Shown: positions 26,682-35,150 of the stretch, piece by piece
How positions within the stretch are numbered: the stretch's first letter is position 1
Layout of the letters: every line of letters begins with the position of its first letter
NCBI GenBank assembly: GCA_964412195.1
Contig: CAYPNP010000011.1
Span: 63,881 to 127,880, forward strand
Source of the DNA: an uncultured Acidobacteriota bacterium
GTDB taxonomy: Bacteria > Acidobacteriota > JAAYUB01
Length of the DNA stretch: 64,000 nt
Direction of reading: 5' to 3'
Translations under genes and position numbers: made by a program
The notes under the pieces: model-generated
What the model was told of the DNA's origin: nothing
Databases searched by the model: none
What the model saw: only the letters and a program-made list of their open reading frames with translations

Positions 26682-27005
26682 ATTGCGGATTGCGGATTGG
26701 GGAGCCGGATCGGAACCGCAAAGGTGCCAAGTCCGTAAAGCAAGACTATCCATCATTCAACACGGATTTGACACGGATTTACGCGGATTTACGCGGATTC
26801 CAAACCTGTTTTCAAGTTGGATCCCTGCTCATTCATGATGAAGATTTGGTTCGATCCGTGTGGATCCGTCTGAATCCGTGTTGATCCGCGTTGAATCGGA
26901 TTTCTTACTTCGCTATCAGCGTTGACGGTTGAAAGCCTATTGATGGCTTTGCGGACTTGGCGCCTTTGCGGTTCCGATCCGGTTCCCCAATCCGCAATCC
27001 GCAAT
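26682..27005. repeat. Nested inverted-repeat element with 60-bp outer arms
   Basis: Arms 26682-26741 and 26946-27005 pair at 57 of 60 positions. Inner CACGGATT/ATCCGTG arms. Confidence 0.92.
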
Positions 27006-27688
27006 TATTCGATGGGCTTCACCACCCGGTAGTGCAGGAAGAATTCGTCCTCGACGCGCTCGGAGTCCATCAACTCGAGTTGCAACCGGTGATCGAAGGG
27101 GAAGCCCGCTCCCGCGACGGGCGTCGGTGCCGTCGCGCCGCCGAGGATCACCGGGCACAGGGTCATGTAGATCTCGTCCACCAGCCCAGCCTCGAAGAAG
27201 AGGGCGTTCACCGTCCCGCCGCCCTCCACCAGGATTTCCCGCATGCCCCGGTCCGCCAGCTCAGCCACCAGTGCGGCCATGTCCGGCGGGTTCGCGAGGC
27301 GGATGAGCTCGGTGCGGGCCTTCCACCCCCGCGGCAGGGCGAACACCGGAGCCGCCGTGGCCACAAACACCCGCTGCAGCCCCTGCTGGCCCAGGCGCAG
27401 CCCGGCGGGGAGCCGCCCGCTGCGGCTCAGGATGCAGAGGTCGGGGTGGGGCCGGCGGCCCGCCTGCAGGCGCTCCCGCACCCGCTCGGCCGACCGCAGG
27501 TGGAACGGCGGGTCGTCGTGCCGCACCGTCACGGCGCCCACCACGATCACGTCGGCGCGGGCCCGGATCGCCTCCATCCGGCGGCGGTCCTCCCGCGAGG
27601 CGAAACCGGATCCCTTCCGGTCGGCGGTGGAAATCTTGCCGTCGGCGCTCATGGCGAAGTTGCAGAACACGGCGGGCTTCGATTCCAT
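27005..27688 (-). CDS. RibD C-terminal domain / DHFR-like reductase
   Basis: AMSADGKI, RARADVIVVGAVTVRHDDP, ILVEGGGTVNALF..GLVDEI. Confidence 0.9.
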   Translation of the reverse strand: MESKPAVFCNFAMSADGKISTADRKGSGFASREDRRRMEAIRARADVIVVGAVTVRHDDPPFHLRSAERVRERLQAGRRPHPDLCILSRSGRLPAGLRLGQQGLQRVFVATAAPVFALPRGWKARTELIRLANPPDMAALVAELADRGMREILVEGGGTVNALFFEAGLVDEIYMTLCPVILGGATAPTPVAGAGFPFDHRLQLELMDSERVEDEFFLHYRVVKPIE

Positions 27689-27922
27689 GCGTCCTTTCCT
27701 CCGATCGGCGTTGAGGCCCGCGGGACGGGATCGGATTCCGGACGTCCGGCGGCGTGCCCTCATCTTACCACGGCCTCCGGCGGCGTTCGACCCCGAGCTG
27801 CCGCCGGACGCGGAATCTTACCCGGCGTTCCCGGCATCTGATCCGCGGGTGCGGCGCCGCTCCACTCTCGCTTGAAACCGCGGTCGCCCCCCGGAATCAA
27901 TCCATTCCCAACGGAGGCTACC

Positions 27923-28408
27923 ATGAAGACCATCGCGTCCGTCATCCTGTCCCTGTTCCTGTTCGCGCTGGCCGCCGCGCCGGTGCTGGCGCACTGCGAA
28001 ATCCCCTGCGGCATCTACGGCGACAAGCTCCGCGTCCATCTCCTGGAGGAGGATATCCTGACGGTAGAGAAGTCCATACAGCAGATCAACGAGCTGTCCG
28101 CAGCCCCGGGAGACAAGAATTACAACCAGCTGATCCGCTGGATCACCAACAAGGAGCAGCACGCCGACAAGATCCAGGAGATTGTCAGCCAGTACTTCCT
28201 GACCCAGCGCATCAAGCCGGCCGATCCCGCCGACAAGGCCAAGAGCGACCTGTACCTCCGTCAGCTCACCCTGCTCCACCAGATGCTGATCCAGGCCATG
28301 AAGGCCAAGCAGGGCACCGACCTGAAGACCGTGGAGTCCCTCCGCCAGCTGTTGGCCGACTTCAACAAGGCCTACTTCGGCGAAGAGGAAAAGGCCCACA
28401 CCCACTAG
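27923..28408 (+). CDS. sodN: Nickel superoxide dismutase with a Sec signal peptide
   Basis: Ni-hook HCEIPCGIY directly after VLA; NQLIRWITNKEQHA. Confidence 0.93.
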   Translation: MKTIASVILSLFLFALAAAPVLAHCEIPCGIYGDKLRVHLLEEDILTVEKSIQQINELSAAPGDKNYNQLIRWITNKEQHADKIQEIVSQYFLTQRIKPADPADKAKSDLYLRQLTLLHQMLIQAMKAKQGTDLKTVESLRQLLADFNKAYFGEEEKAHTH

Positions 28409-28474
28409 GGAGAGCCCCCCGCTCCGCCGCACGCACGTGCTTGCTTGGAAATAACCTGCCGCTCTCATCAGTAG

Positions 28475-28546
28475 CGGTATCGGAATCGGTATCGCAATCG
28501 ATCCCAGTGTCGACCCCGAATCCGATACCGATACCGACCCCGATAG
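28475..28546. repeat. GGTATC/GATACC hexamer inverted array
   Basis: Same type as 53055-53145. Confidence 0.8.
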
Positions 28547-28630
28547 GATCGCTTCATTTAGATACTCGGTCGTGTGCCTCAGAACATGTTCAATCGTGCT
28601 CGTAATCGACCGATGACGGGTGACCGGCGA

Positions 28631-28696
28631 CCGATCGTACTCGTCGATCGTAATCGTGCTCGTAATCGTAATCGGATCAGGAAGTTCGCACAGAGG
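28631..28696 (+). repeat. 66-bp direct repeat, copy A (upstream of the hydrogenase operon)
   Basis: 60 of 66 positions identical to 33175-33240 by manual alignment. Confidence 0.85.
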
Positions 28697-28895
28697 CGCG
28701 GAGGACGCAGGGCCAATCCTGGACGCAGATGAACGCGGATTCCCGCGGATCCGGCCGACAGGCCGCAGGCGCCGGCACCGGTGCCGGCTTCATTCCCTCC
28801 GTCCAAATCAAGCCTGCGGAATACCGCTGCTCCATTTTGATTCCTCGTCAGCTCCTCCCGCTCTCCACTGACAGTGAAATTAAAAAACAAATATA

Positions 28896-28925
28896 TTGAA
28901 ATCCGGCTGGCTCTATCTTTATAAT
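28896..28925 (+). promoter_or_regulatory. Sigma70-like promoter of the hydrogenase operon
   Basis: TTGAAA-N18-TATAAT with an A-rich UP-like tract, 37 nt before the ATG. Confidence 0.55.
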
Positions 28926-28962
28926 CCGCGACAGATTCCTACATTCTTAAAAAGGAGGCTCT

Positions 28963-30102
28963 ATGGCCGACTCCACGCCGTCCTTGTGGCAGGCGATGCA
29001 GGCCAAGGGGTACTCGCGCCGCGACTTCCTCCGCTTCTGCTCCTACGCGGCCGCCGTGGCGGGCATTCAGGCAGCAGGCCTGTCGAAGGTGGTCCACGCC
29101 CTCGAGACCAAGCCGCGCCCCCCCGTGGTCTGGCTCCATTTCCAGGAGTGCACCTGCTGCAGCGAGTCTTTCATCCGCTCCTCCCACCCCATCGTCGCCG
29201 ATGTCGTCCTCGACCTGATCTCCCTGGATTACTCCCAGACGCTCCAGGCCGCCGCCGGCGCGCAGGCCGAGCAGTGCCTGCAGGACACCATGAAGAAGTA
29301 CCCGGGCCAGTACATCCTGCTGGTGGAGGGCGCCGTGCCGCTGGCGGACGACGGCGTCTACTGCACCATCGCCGGGCGCTCCGCCCAGGCGATCCTGGAG
29401 GAGGCCGCCGCCGGCGCCGCCGCCGTGATCGCCTGGGGCAGCTGCGCCTCCAACGGCTGCATCCAGGCCGCCAGCCCCAACCCGACCGGGGCCACCCCCA
29501 TCCACAAGATCCTGGGCAAGCCCGTGATCAACGTGCCGGGCTGCCCGCCCATCGCCGACGTCATGACCGGCATCGTCGCCCACATCCTGGTCATGGGCCA
29601 TCCGCCCGAGCTGGACAGCCAGGGCCGCCCGAAGGAGTTCTACTCCCGGCGCGTCCACGACACCTGCTACCGCCGCCCCTACTATGACGCCGGCCTGTTC
29701 GTCGAGGCCTGGGACGACGAGAAGGCCCGCAAGGGATTCTGCCTCTACAAGATGGGCTGCCGCGGGCCGGTCACCTACAACGCCTGCTCGGTAACCCGCT
29801 GGAACGGCAACCTGAGCTACCCGATCCAGTCGGGCCACGGCTGCATCGGCTGCAGCGAGGCCAACTTCTGGGACAACGGGCCGTTCTACCGGCACCTGGC
29901 CGCCTTCCCCGGCTTCGGGATCGAGACCACGGCCGACACCATCGGCACCGTCGTCGGAGTGGGCGCCGTCGCGGGCGTGGCCGCCCATGCGATCAGTACC
30001 AACATCCGTAAGCGAAAATTGATCAAGGGCATGATGGAAGAAGCCCACGGCCCGGAGACTGCCGGGAAAGACAATCCCGCGGAAGGAGGTGAAGGCAGAT
30101 GA
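28963..30102 (+). CDS. hyaA: [NiFe]-hydrogenase small subunit, Tat signal, 6-Cys proximal cluster
   Basis: SRRDFLR, ECTCCSES, WGSCASNGC, GCPP, CLYKMGCRGP, GHGCIGC, C-terminal anchor helix. Confidence 0.96.
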   Translation: MADSTPSLWQAMQAKGYSRRDFLRFCSYAAAVAGIQAAGLSKVVHALETKPRPPVVWLHFQECTCCSESFIRSSHPIVADVVLDLISLDYSQTLQAAAGAQAEQCLQDTMKKYPGQYILLVEGAVPLADDGVYCTIAGRSAQAILEEAAAGAAAVIAWGSCASNGCIQAASPNPTGATPIHKILGKPVINVPGCPPIADVMTGIVAHILVMGHPPELDSQGRPKEFYSRRVHDTCYRRPYYDAGLFVEAWDDEKARKGFCLYKMGCRGPVTYNACSVTRWNGNLSYPIQSGHGCIGCSEANFWDNGPFYRHLAAFPGFGIETTADTIGTVVGVGAVAGVAAHAISTNIRKRKLIKGMMEEAHGPETAGKDNPAEGGEGR

Positions 30103-31814
30103 ACCGCATCGTTGTTGACCCCATCACCCGCATCGAGGGACACCTGCGCATCGAGGCCGTCGTCGAGAACGGCAAGATCACCGACGCCTACAGCTCGGGC
30201 ACCATGGTCCGGGGCTTCGAGAAGATCCTCAAGGGCCGCGACCCGCGGGACGCCTGGGCCTTCACCGAGCGCGCCTGCGGCGTCTGCACCACCGTGCACG
30301 CGCTGGCCAGCGTCCGCACCGTCGAGGACGCCCTGAAGGTCGCCGTGCCGAAGAACGCCGAGCTGATCCGCAACATCATGTTCTGCGCCCAGTACGTGCA
30401 GGACCACGTGATCCATTTCTACCACCTGCACGCCCTGGACTGGGTGGACGTGGTCAGCGCCCTGAAGGCCTCGCCGGAGGAGACCTCGAAGCTGGCCCAG
30501 ACGATCTCACCCTGGCCGAAGAGTTCGGTGGGATACTTCACCGCCATCCAAAACCGGATCAAGACTTTTGTCGAGAGCGGCCAGCTGGGCATCTTCGCCA
30601 ACGGCTACTGGGGCCACCCGGCCTACAAGCTGCCGCCGGAGGTGAACCTCCTCGGCGTGGCCCACTACCTCGAGGCGCTGGAGTGGCAGAAGGAGGTCAT
30701 CAAGATCCACACCGTCTTCGGCGGCAAGAACCCGCACCCGAACTACCTGGTCGGCGGCGCGCCCTGCTCCATCAACACCGACGAGGTCAACGCCATCAAC
30801 ACCGAGCGGCTGAACCTGGTGGGCAAGCTGATCAAGGACGCCAAGGTGTTCGTCGAGCAGGTGTACCTGCCCGACCTGCTGGCCGTGGCCGGCTTCTACA
30901 AGGACTGGGCCGCCGTGGGCGGCGGGCTGTCCAATTACCTGGCTTATGGCGACCTGCCCACCCGCGGCTACGGGCAGCCCGACTTCTTCAAGTTCCCGCG
31001 CGGGGCGATCCTCGGCCGCAACCTCAACGAGGTGCACGAGGTCAACGGCCGGGACGCGGAGGAGATCAAGGAGTACATCGCCCACTCATGGTACGCCTAC
31101 TCCAAGGGCGACGCCGCCGGCCTGCACCCGTGGGACGGCGAAACCGAATTCAATTTCACCGGGCCGAAGCCGCCCTTCGAGCAGCTGAACGTCGAGGGCA
31201 AGTACTCGTGGCTCAAAACCCCGCGCTGGAAGGACAACGCCATGGAGGTCGGCCCGCTGGCGCGGCTGCTGGTGGGCTACGCCAAGGGCAGCACCGAGAT
31301 CAAGGACGTCGTCGACGGAGCGCTGGGCAAGCTGGGCGTGCCGGTGGCGGCGCTCTTCTCCACCCTCGGCCGCACGGCGGCGCGCGGCCTGGAGACCCAG
31401 CTGACGGTGCACTGGCTGCAGGAGTTCTACGACGACCTGATCGCCAACATCAAGGCCGGCGACACCCGCACCTTCAATCCCGAGCGCTGGGACCCGGAAA
31501 CCTGGCCCGCCGCCTGCGAGGGCGTGGGCATGTCCGAGGCCCCGCGCGGCGCCCTGGCCCACTGGATCCGGATCCAGGACGGCAAGATCGACAACTACCA
31601 GCTCGTGGTGCCGAGCACCTGGAACGCCTCGCCGCGGGATGCCAAGGGCCAGCGCTCCTCGTACGAGGAGGCCCTGCTGGGCACGCCGGTGGCCAACCCG
31701 GAGCAGCCGCTGGAGATCCTGCGGACGATCCACTCCTTCGACCCGTGCATCGCCTGCGCCGTCCACCTCTACGACCCGGACGGGCGGCAGGTGCACCGGG
31801 TCCGCTTCTTCTAG
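30099..31814 (+). CDS. hyaB: [NiFe]-hydrogenase large subunit, group 1 (1d-like)
   Basis: DPITRIEGH, L1 ERACGVCTTVH, L2 SFDPCIACAVH plus a cleavable tail. Confidence 0.97.
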   Translation: MNRIVVDPITRIEGHLRIEAVVENGKITDAYSSGTMVRGFEKILKGRDPRDAWAFTERACGVCTTVHALASVRTVEDALKVAVPKNAELIRNIMFCAQYVQDHVIHFYHLHALDWVDVVSALKASPEETSKLAQTISPWPKSSVGYFTAIQNRIKTFVESGQLGIFANGYWGHPAYKLPPEVNLLGVAHYLEALEWQKEVIKIHTVFGGKNPHPNYLVGGAPCSINTDEVNAINTERLNLVGKLIKDAKVFVEQVYLPDLLAVAGFYKDWAAVGGGLSNYLAYGDLPTRGYGQPDFFKFPRGAILGRNLNEVHEVNGRDAEEIKEYIAHSWYAYSKGDAAGLHPWDGETEFNFTGPKPPFEQLNVEGKYSWLKTPRWKDNAMEVGPLARLLVGYAKGSTEIKDVVDGALGKLGVPVAALFSTLGRTAARGLETQLTVHWLQEFYDDLIANIKAGDTRTFNPERWDPETWPAACEGVGMSEAPRGALAHWIRIQDGKIDNYQLVVPSTWNASPRDAKGQRSSYEEALLGTPVANPEQPLEILRTIHSFDPCIACAVHLYDPDGRQVHRVRFF

Positions 31815-31823
31815 GAGGGCGCC

Positions 31824-32510
31824 ATGGCCACCACGCAGCCCGTGCCCTACCGGCGCATCTACGTCTGGGAGCTGCCGGTGCGGTTCTACCACTGGGTGAA
31901 CGCCGTCTGCGTCCTGGTGCTGATCTGCACCGGCTACCTGATCGGCAAGCCGCTGGCGATCTCCTACTCCCAGGAGGCCTACCAGCAGTACTGGTTCGGC
32001 ACCGTCCGCTTCGCCCACTTCGTCGCGGCGTTCGTCTACTTCTTCAATTTCCTGGTCCGGTGCTACTGGGGATTCGTCGGCAACAAGTACGCCCGCTGGA
32101 ACAACTTCATCCCCTACACCCGGGCCCACTGGGAGGAGATCCGGGAGACGCTGAAGGTGGACATCCTGCAGACCACCTCGGAGGGCAAGATCTCCATCGG
32201 ACACAACGCCCTGGCCGGGTTCATCTACTTCCTGTCGTTCCTGGTCTTCCTGTTCCAGGCCATCACCGGGTTCGCCCTGTACTCCAGCATGAGCAGCTCG
32301 TTCCTGCCGAGCCTGTTCCACTGGATCGTGCCGTTGATGGGCGGCGACTTCGCCGTGCGGCAGTGGCACCACATGTTCATGTGGTTCTTCATCGTGTTCA
32401 CCATCATCCACGTGTACCTGGTCTTCTACCACGACTACGTGGAGGGCCGGGGCACCACGTCGTCCATGGTGGGCGGCTGGAAGTTCGAGCGGGAGGATCG
32501 CCTTCAATAG
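31824..32510 (+). CDS. hyaC: Hydrogenase cytochrome b subunit
   Basis: YVWELPVRFYHW, RFAHF, GHNALAG, WHHMFMW..HVY. Confidence 0.95.
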   Translation: MATTQPVPYRRIYVWELPVRFYHWVNAVCVLVLICTGYLIGKPLAISYSQEAYQQYWFGTVRFAHFVAAFVYFFNFLVRCYWGFVGNKYARWNNFIPYTRAHWEEIRETLKVDILQTTSEGKISIGHNALAGFIYFLSFLVFLFQAITGFALYSSMSSSFLPSLFHWIVPLMGGDFAVRQWHHMFMWFFIVFTIIHVYLVFYHDYVEGRGTTSSMVGGWKFEREDRLQ

Positions 32511-32519
32511 GGGATCCGA

Positions 32520-32699
32520 TCGAACGTTGAACATCGAACGCTGAAGTCGGAAACGGACGATGGACCATGGACGATAGACGATGGACCATGGAAGATAAAT
32601 AGGGTCTGTGGTCTGTGGTTTGTGGTCCATGGTCTATCGTCCTTGGTCTATCGTCCATGGTCCATCGTCCATGGTCCATCGTCTATCGTCCATGGTCAT
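32520..32699. repeat. GATGGAC/GTCCATC heptamer inverted array inside the hydrogenase operon
   Basis: gacgatggaccatggacgatagacgatggaccatgg ... ccatggtctatcgtcc..ccatggtccatcgtc. Confidence 0.88.
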
Positions 32700-32708
32700 G
32701 ACCCGATT

Positions 32709-33197
32709 ATGAGTTCCTCAACGACGTTGATCCTGGGCATCGGCAACATCCTCATGGGCGACGAGGGTGTGGGGGTGGAGGTGGTCCGCCTACTCGAGGC
32801 GATGCCATTGCCCGAGGGTGTCGAGTGCCTGGACGGCGGGACCGGCAGCTTCGTCCTGCTGGAGCCGATGCAGGCCGCCGCCCGGGTGATCCTGGTGGAC
32901 GCCACCGCCGACGGCAAGCCGCCCGGCACCGTCACCCGGCTGGAGCCGCGCTTTTCGCGGGACTACCCGAAGGCCCTCACCGCCCACGACATCGGGTTGA
33001 AGGACCTGCTGGACGCCTTTCACCTCCTGGGGAACCCGCCGCCGGTGACGCTGTTCGCCGTCACCGTGGCCCCGCCGCTGGAGGTGGGCATCGGCCTGAC
33101 CCCCGCCGTCGCCGCCGCCGTCCCCGAAGTCGCCCACCTCATCCTGGCGGAACTGACCTCGCCCCGCTCCGAGTCCGATCCTACTCGTCGATCGTAA
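32709..33197 (+). CDS. hyaD: Hydrogenase maturation protease
   Basis: LGIGNILMGDEGVG, LDGGT, ILVDA, AHDIGL. Confidence 0.93.
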   Translation: MSSSTTLILGIGNILMGDEGVGVEVVRLLEAMPLPEGVECLDGGTGSFVLLEPMQAAARVILVDATADGKPPGTVTRLEPRFSRDYPKALTAHDIGLKDLLDAFHLLGNPPPVTLFAVTVAPPLEVGIGLTPAVAAAVPEVAHLILAELTSPRSESDPTRRS

Positions 33198-33240
33198 TCG
33201 TAATCGTCCTCGTAATCGGATCAGGAAGTTCGCGCAGAGG
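33175..33240 (+). repeat. 66-bp direct repeat, copy B (overlaps the hyaD stop)
   Basis: ccgatcctactcgtcgatcgtaatcgtaatcgtcctcgtaatcggatcaggaagttcgcgcagagg. Confidence 0.85.
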
Positions 33241-33313
33241 TGCCGCGGCCGCGGAGCACGCCGGAGCGCAGACGTCCCCGTCTGCACGATTTAACTCGGG
33301 AATGTCCCCGAGC

Positions 33314-33394
33314 GTAGCTCGCGCCGTCCTCGGCGCGAGAGGACGATTTCTCTCACTCCGCTTGTCCGACACGCGCCCGGAGGTCGCGAGCTAC
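33314..33394. repeat. REP doublet (REPIN-like), GTAG-type
   Basis: GTAG-CTCGCGCCG-TCCT-CGGCGCGAG ... CGCGAGCTAC. Confidence 0.8.
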
Positions 33395-33538
33395 GCGGCT
33401 GACCTCGCTTATCAAGATCGTGCGGACGGGGACGTCCGTGCTCCGTTGCGCTATAATGGTTTCAATGTGAATCCCGCTTTGCGGCTGTGCGTCCTTTCTT
33501 ATAAAACATATGAAACGTTTTCAAAGAGAAGGCTCGCC

Positions 33539-34957
33539 ATGAGAATGAATTCACGACAGAACAACGCCTGGCGCATTTCTCTGAACCTGCGGTTGGCGGG
33601 ACTCGCTCTGTGCCTGACCTTGATCGCCCCCGCGGCGGTCTTCGGCCAGGCGGCGATGCCCGGCGATCTGGACGGCAACGGGGTGGTCGATTCCGCCGAC
33701 CGGCTGCTCATGCGCCACCTGCTGGCGGAGAACCTCACCCCCGGCCAGGTGAACGCCGCCAACGCCGACGTCAACGAGGACGGCTGGATCAGCGGGATCG
33801 ACGGCGCCTGGCTCTGGCTCCTGGACCCGCCCTACCGCGGCAGGCTGCTCTCCAGCGCCTTCGTGGACTCCATCTCCACCCTCGAGGCGGAGTTCTACCT
33901 CACCTTCGCTGGCTTGGGCGACCTCCGGCCGGCCCGCTTCGCCGCCGACATGTACAAGCTGACCTATCGGACCCTGACCCCGTCGGGCGGCGCCACCACC
34001 GCCACCGGCCTGCTGACGCTGCCAGCCGGGCAGACCGGAGTCCTGCCGCTGGCCAGCTACCAGCACGGCACGATCACGCTGAAGACCGAGGCGCCGTCCA
34101 ATCCCGCCTCCACCGAGGGCATCGGCACCGCCATCGTCTACACCTCCACCGGCGGGTACGCCGCGGTGGCCCCCGACTACCTCGGGCTGGGCGGCGGCGT
34201 CGGGTCGCATCCGTACCTGCACGCCACCACGGAAGCCTCGGCCGGCGTCGACATGCTGCGGGCCGGCCGGGCGGCGGCCGCCGGCGAAGGCGTGACGCTC
34301 TCGGGACCTGTCTTCCTGGTCGGATATTCCCAGGGCGGGCACGCCACCATGGCGCTCCACCGCGAGCTGGAGGCGCGCTTCGCGGCGGAGTGGCCGCTGA
34401 CCGCCGTCGCGCCCATGGCGGGCCCGTACGACCTGTCCGGGACCATGCTGGACTACGTGTTTGCCCACCCGGATGCTAACAATTCCCAGTTGGTGATGTA
34501 CATTTCCTACCTGTTGGTGATGTTCACGACGGTCTACGACTTCGTGCCGGGCGTGTCGGAGATCTTCCAGTCGCCCTACGACACGCAGGTGATGGGCCTC
34601 TTCGACGGCACCCACTCCAGCGCGGAGATCCAGGCCGCCCTGCCGCCCTCGATCGCCCAGCTGCTCCGGCCCGAGTTCCGCGCCGCCGTCCAATCGGAGC
34701 CGGACCACCCCGTCCGCGTGGCGGCCTGGCTCAACGACACCTACGACTGGCGGCCGGAAGCACCGGTGCGGATGTACCACAGCGCCGGCGACACCGTCGT
34801 CCCCATCGGCAACGCCGAGGTGGCGCTGGCGTGGATGACCGGTCTCGGCGCCCCGGTCGAGCTGGTGGTGGTCAGCCAGACGCTCGGCCACGGCGACGCG
34901 GCCGTCCCCTGCCTGATCCAGAGCCGGCAGTGGTTCGATTCCTTCCTGAACCGGTGA
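33539..34957 (+). CDS. Secreted alpha/beta-hydrolase (lipase-like) with an N-terminal dockerin-like domain
   Basis: GDLDGNGVVDSAD..ADVNEDGWISGID; YQHGT, APDYLGLG, GYSQGG, DTVVP, LGHGD. Confidence 0.85.
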   Translation: MRMNSRQNNAWRISLNLRLAGLALCLTLIAPAAVFGQAAMPGDLDGNGVVDSADRLLMRHLLAENLTPGQVNAANADVNEDGWISGIDGAWLWLLDPPYRGRLLSSAFVDSISTLEAEFYLTFAGLGDLRPARFAADMYKLTYRTLTPSGGATTATGLLTLPAGQTGVLPLASYQHGTITLKTEAPSNPASTEGIGTAIVYTSTGGYAAVAPDYLGLGGGVGSHPYLHATTEASAGVDMLRAGRAAAAGEGVTLSGPVFLVGYSQGGHATMALHRELEARFAAEWPLTAVAPMAGPYDLSGTMLDYVFAHPDANNSQLVMYISYLLVMFTTVYDFVPGVSEIFQSPYDTQVMGLFDGTHSSAEIQAALPPSIAQLLRPEFRAAVQSEPDHPVRVAAWLNDTYDWRPEAPVRMYHSAGDTVVPIGNAEVALAWMTGLGAPVELVVVSQTLGHGDAAVPCLIQSRQWFDSFLNR

Positions 34958-35082
34958 ATGGGTGAATCAGTCGAACAGACCGGTGACGGGTGACCGGTGA
35001 CCGAACGTGTATGTCGATCATTGGTCGGTCACCGGTCACCGGTCATCGGTCGCCGGTCAATCGCCGAGCACGAGCACGAACG
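34952..35082. repeat. GGTGAAT and GTGACCG/CGGTCAC inverted array
   Basis: The lipase TGA stop lies inside the first module. Same type as 59940-60041. Confidence 0.82.
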
Positions 35083-35150
35083 GGGGGAAACAAACCATTC
35101 ACGAAACCGTACAAATCGCCAACGGAAATCCCTCATCCTGGAGGCACGCC

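Noticed and set aside
30099-31814. [NiFeSe] hydrogenase or selenocysteine recoding
   Set aside because: The L2 motif is DPCIAC with normal Cys codons and the frame has no internal TGA.
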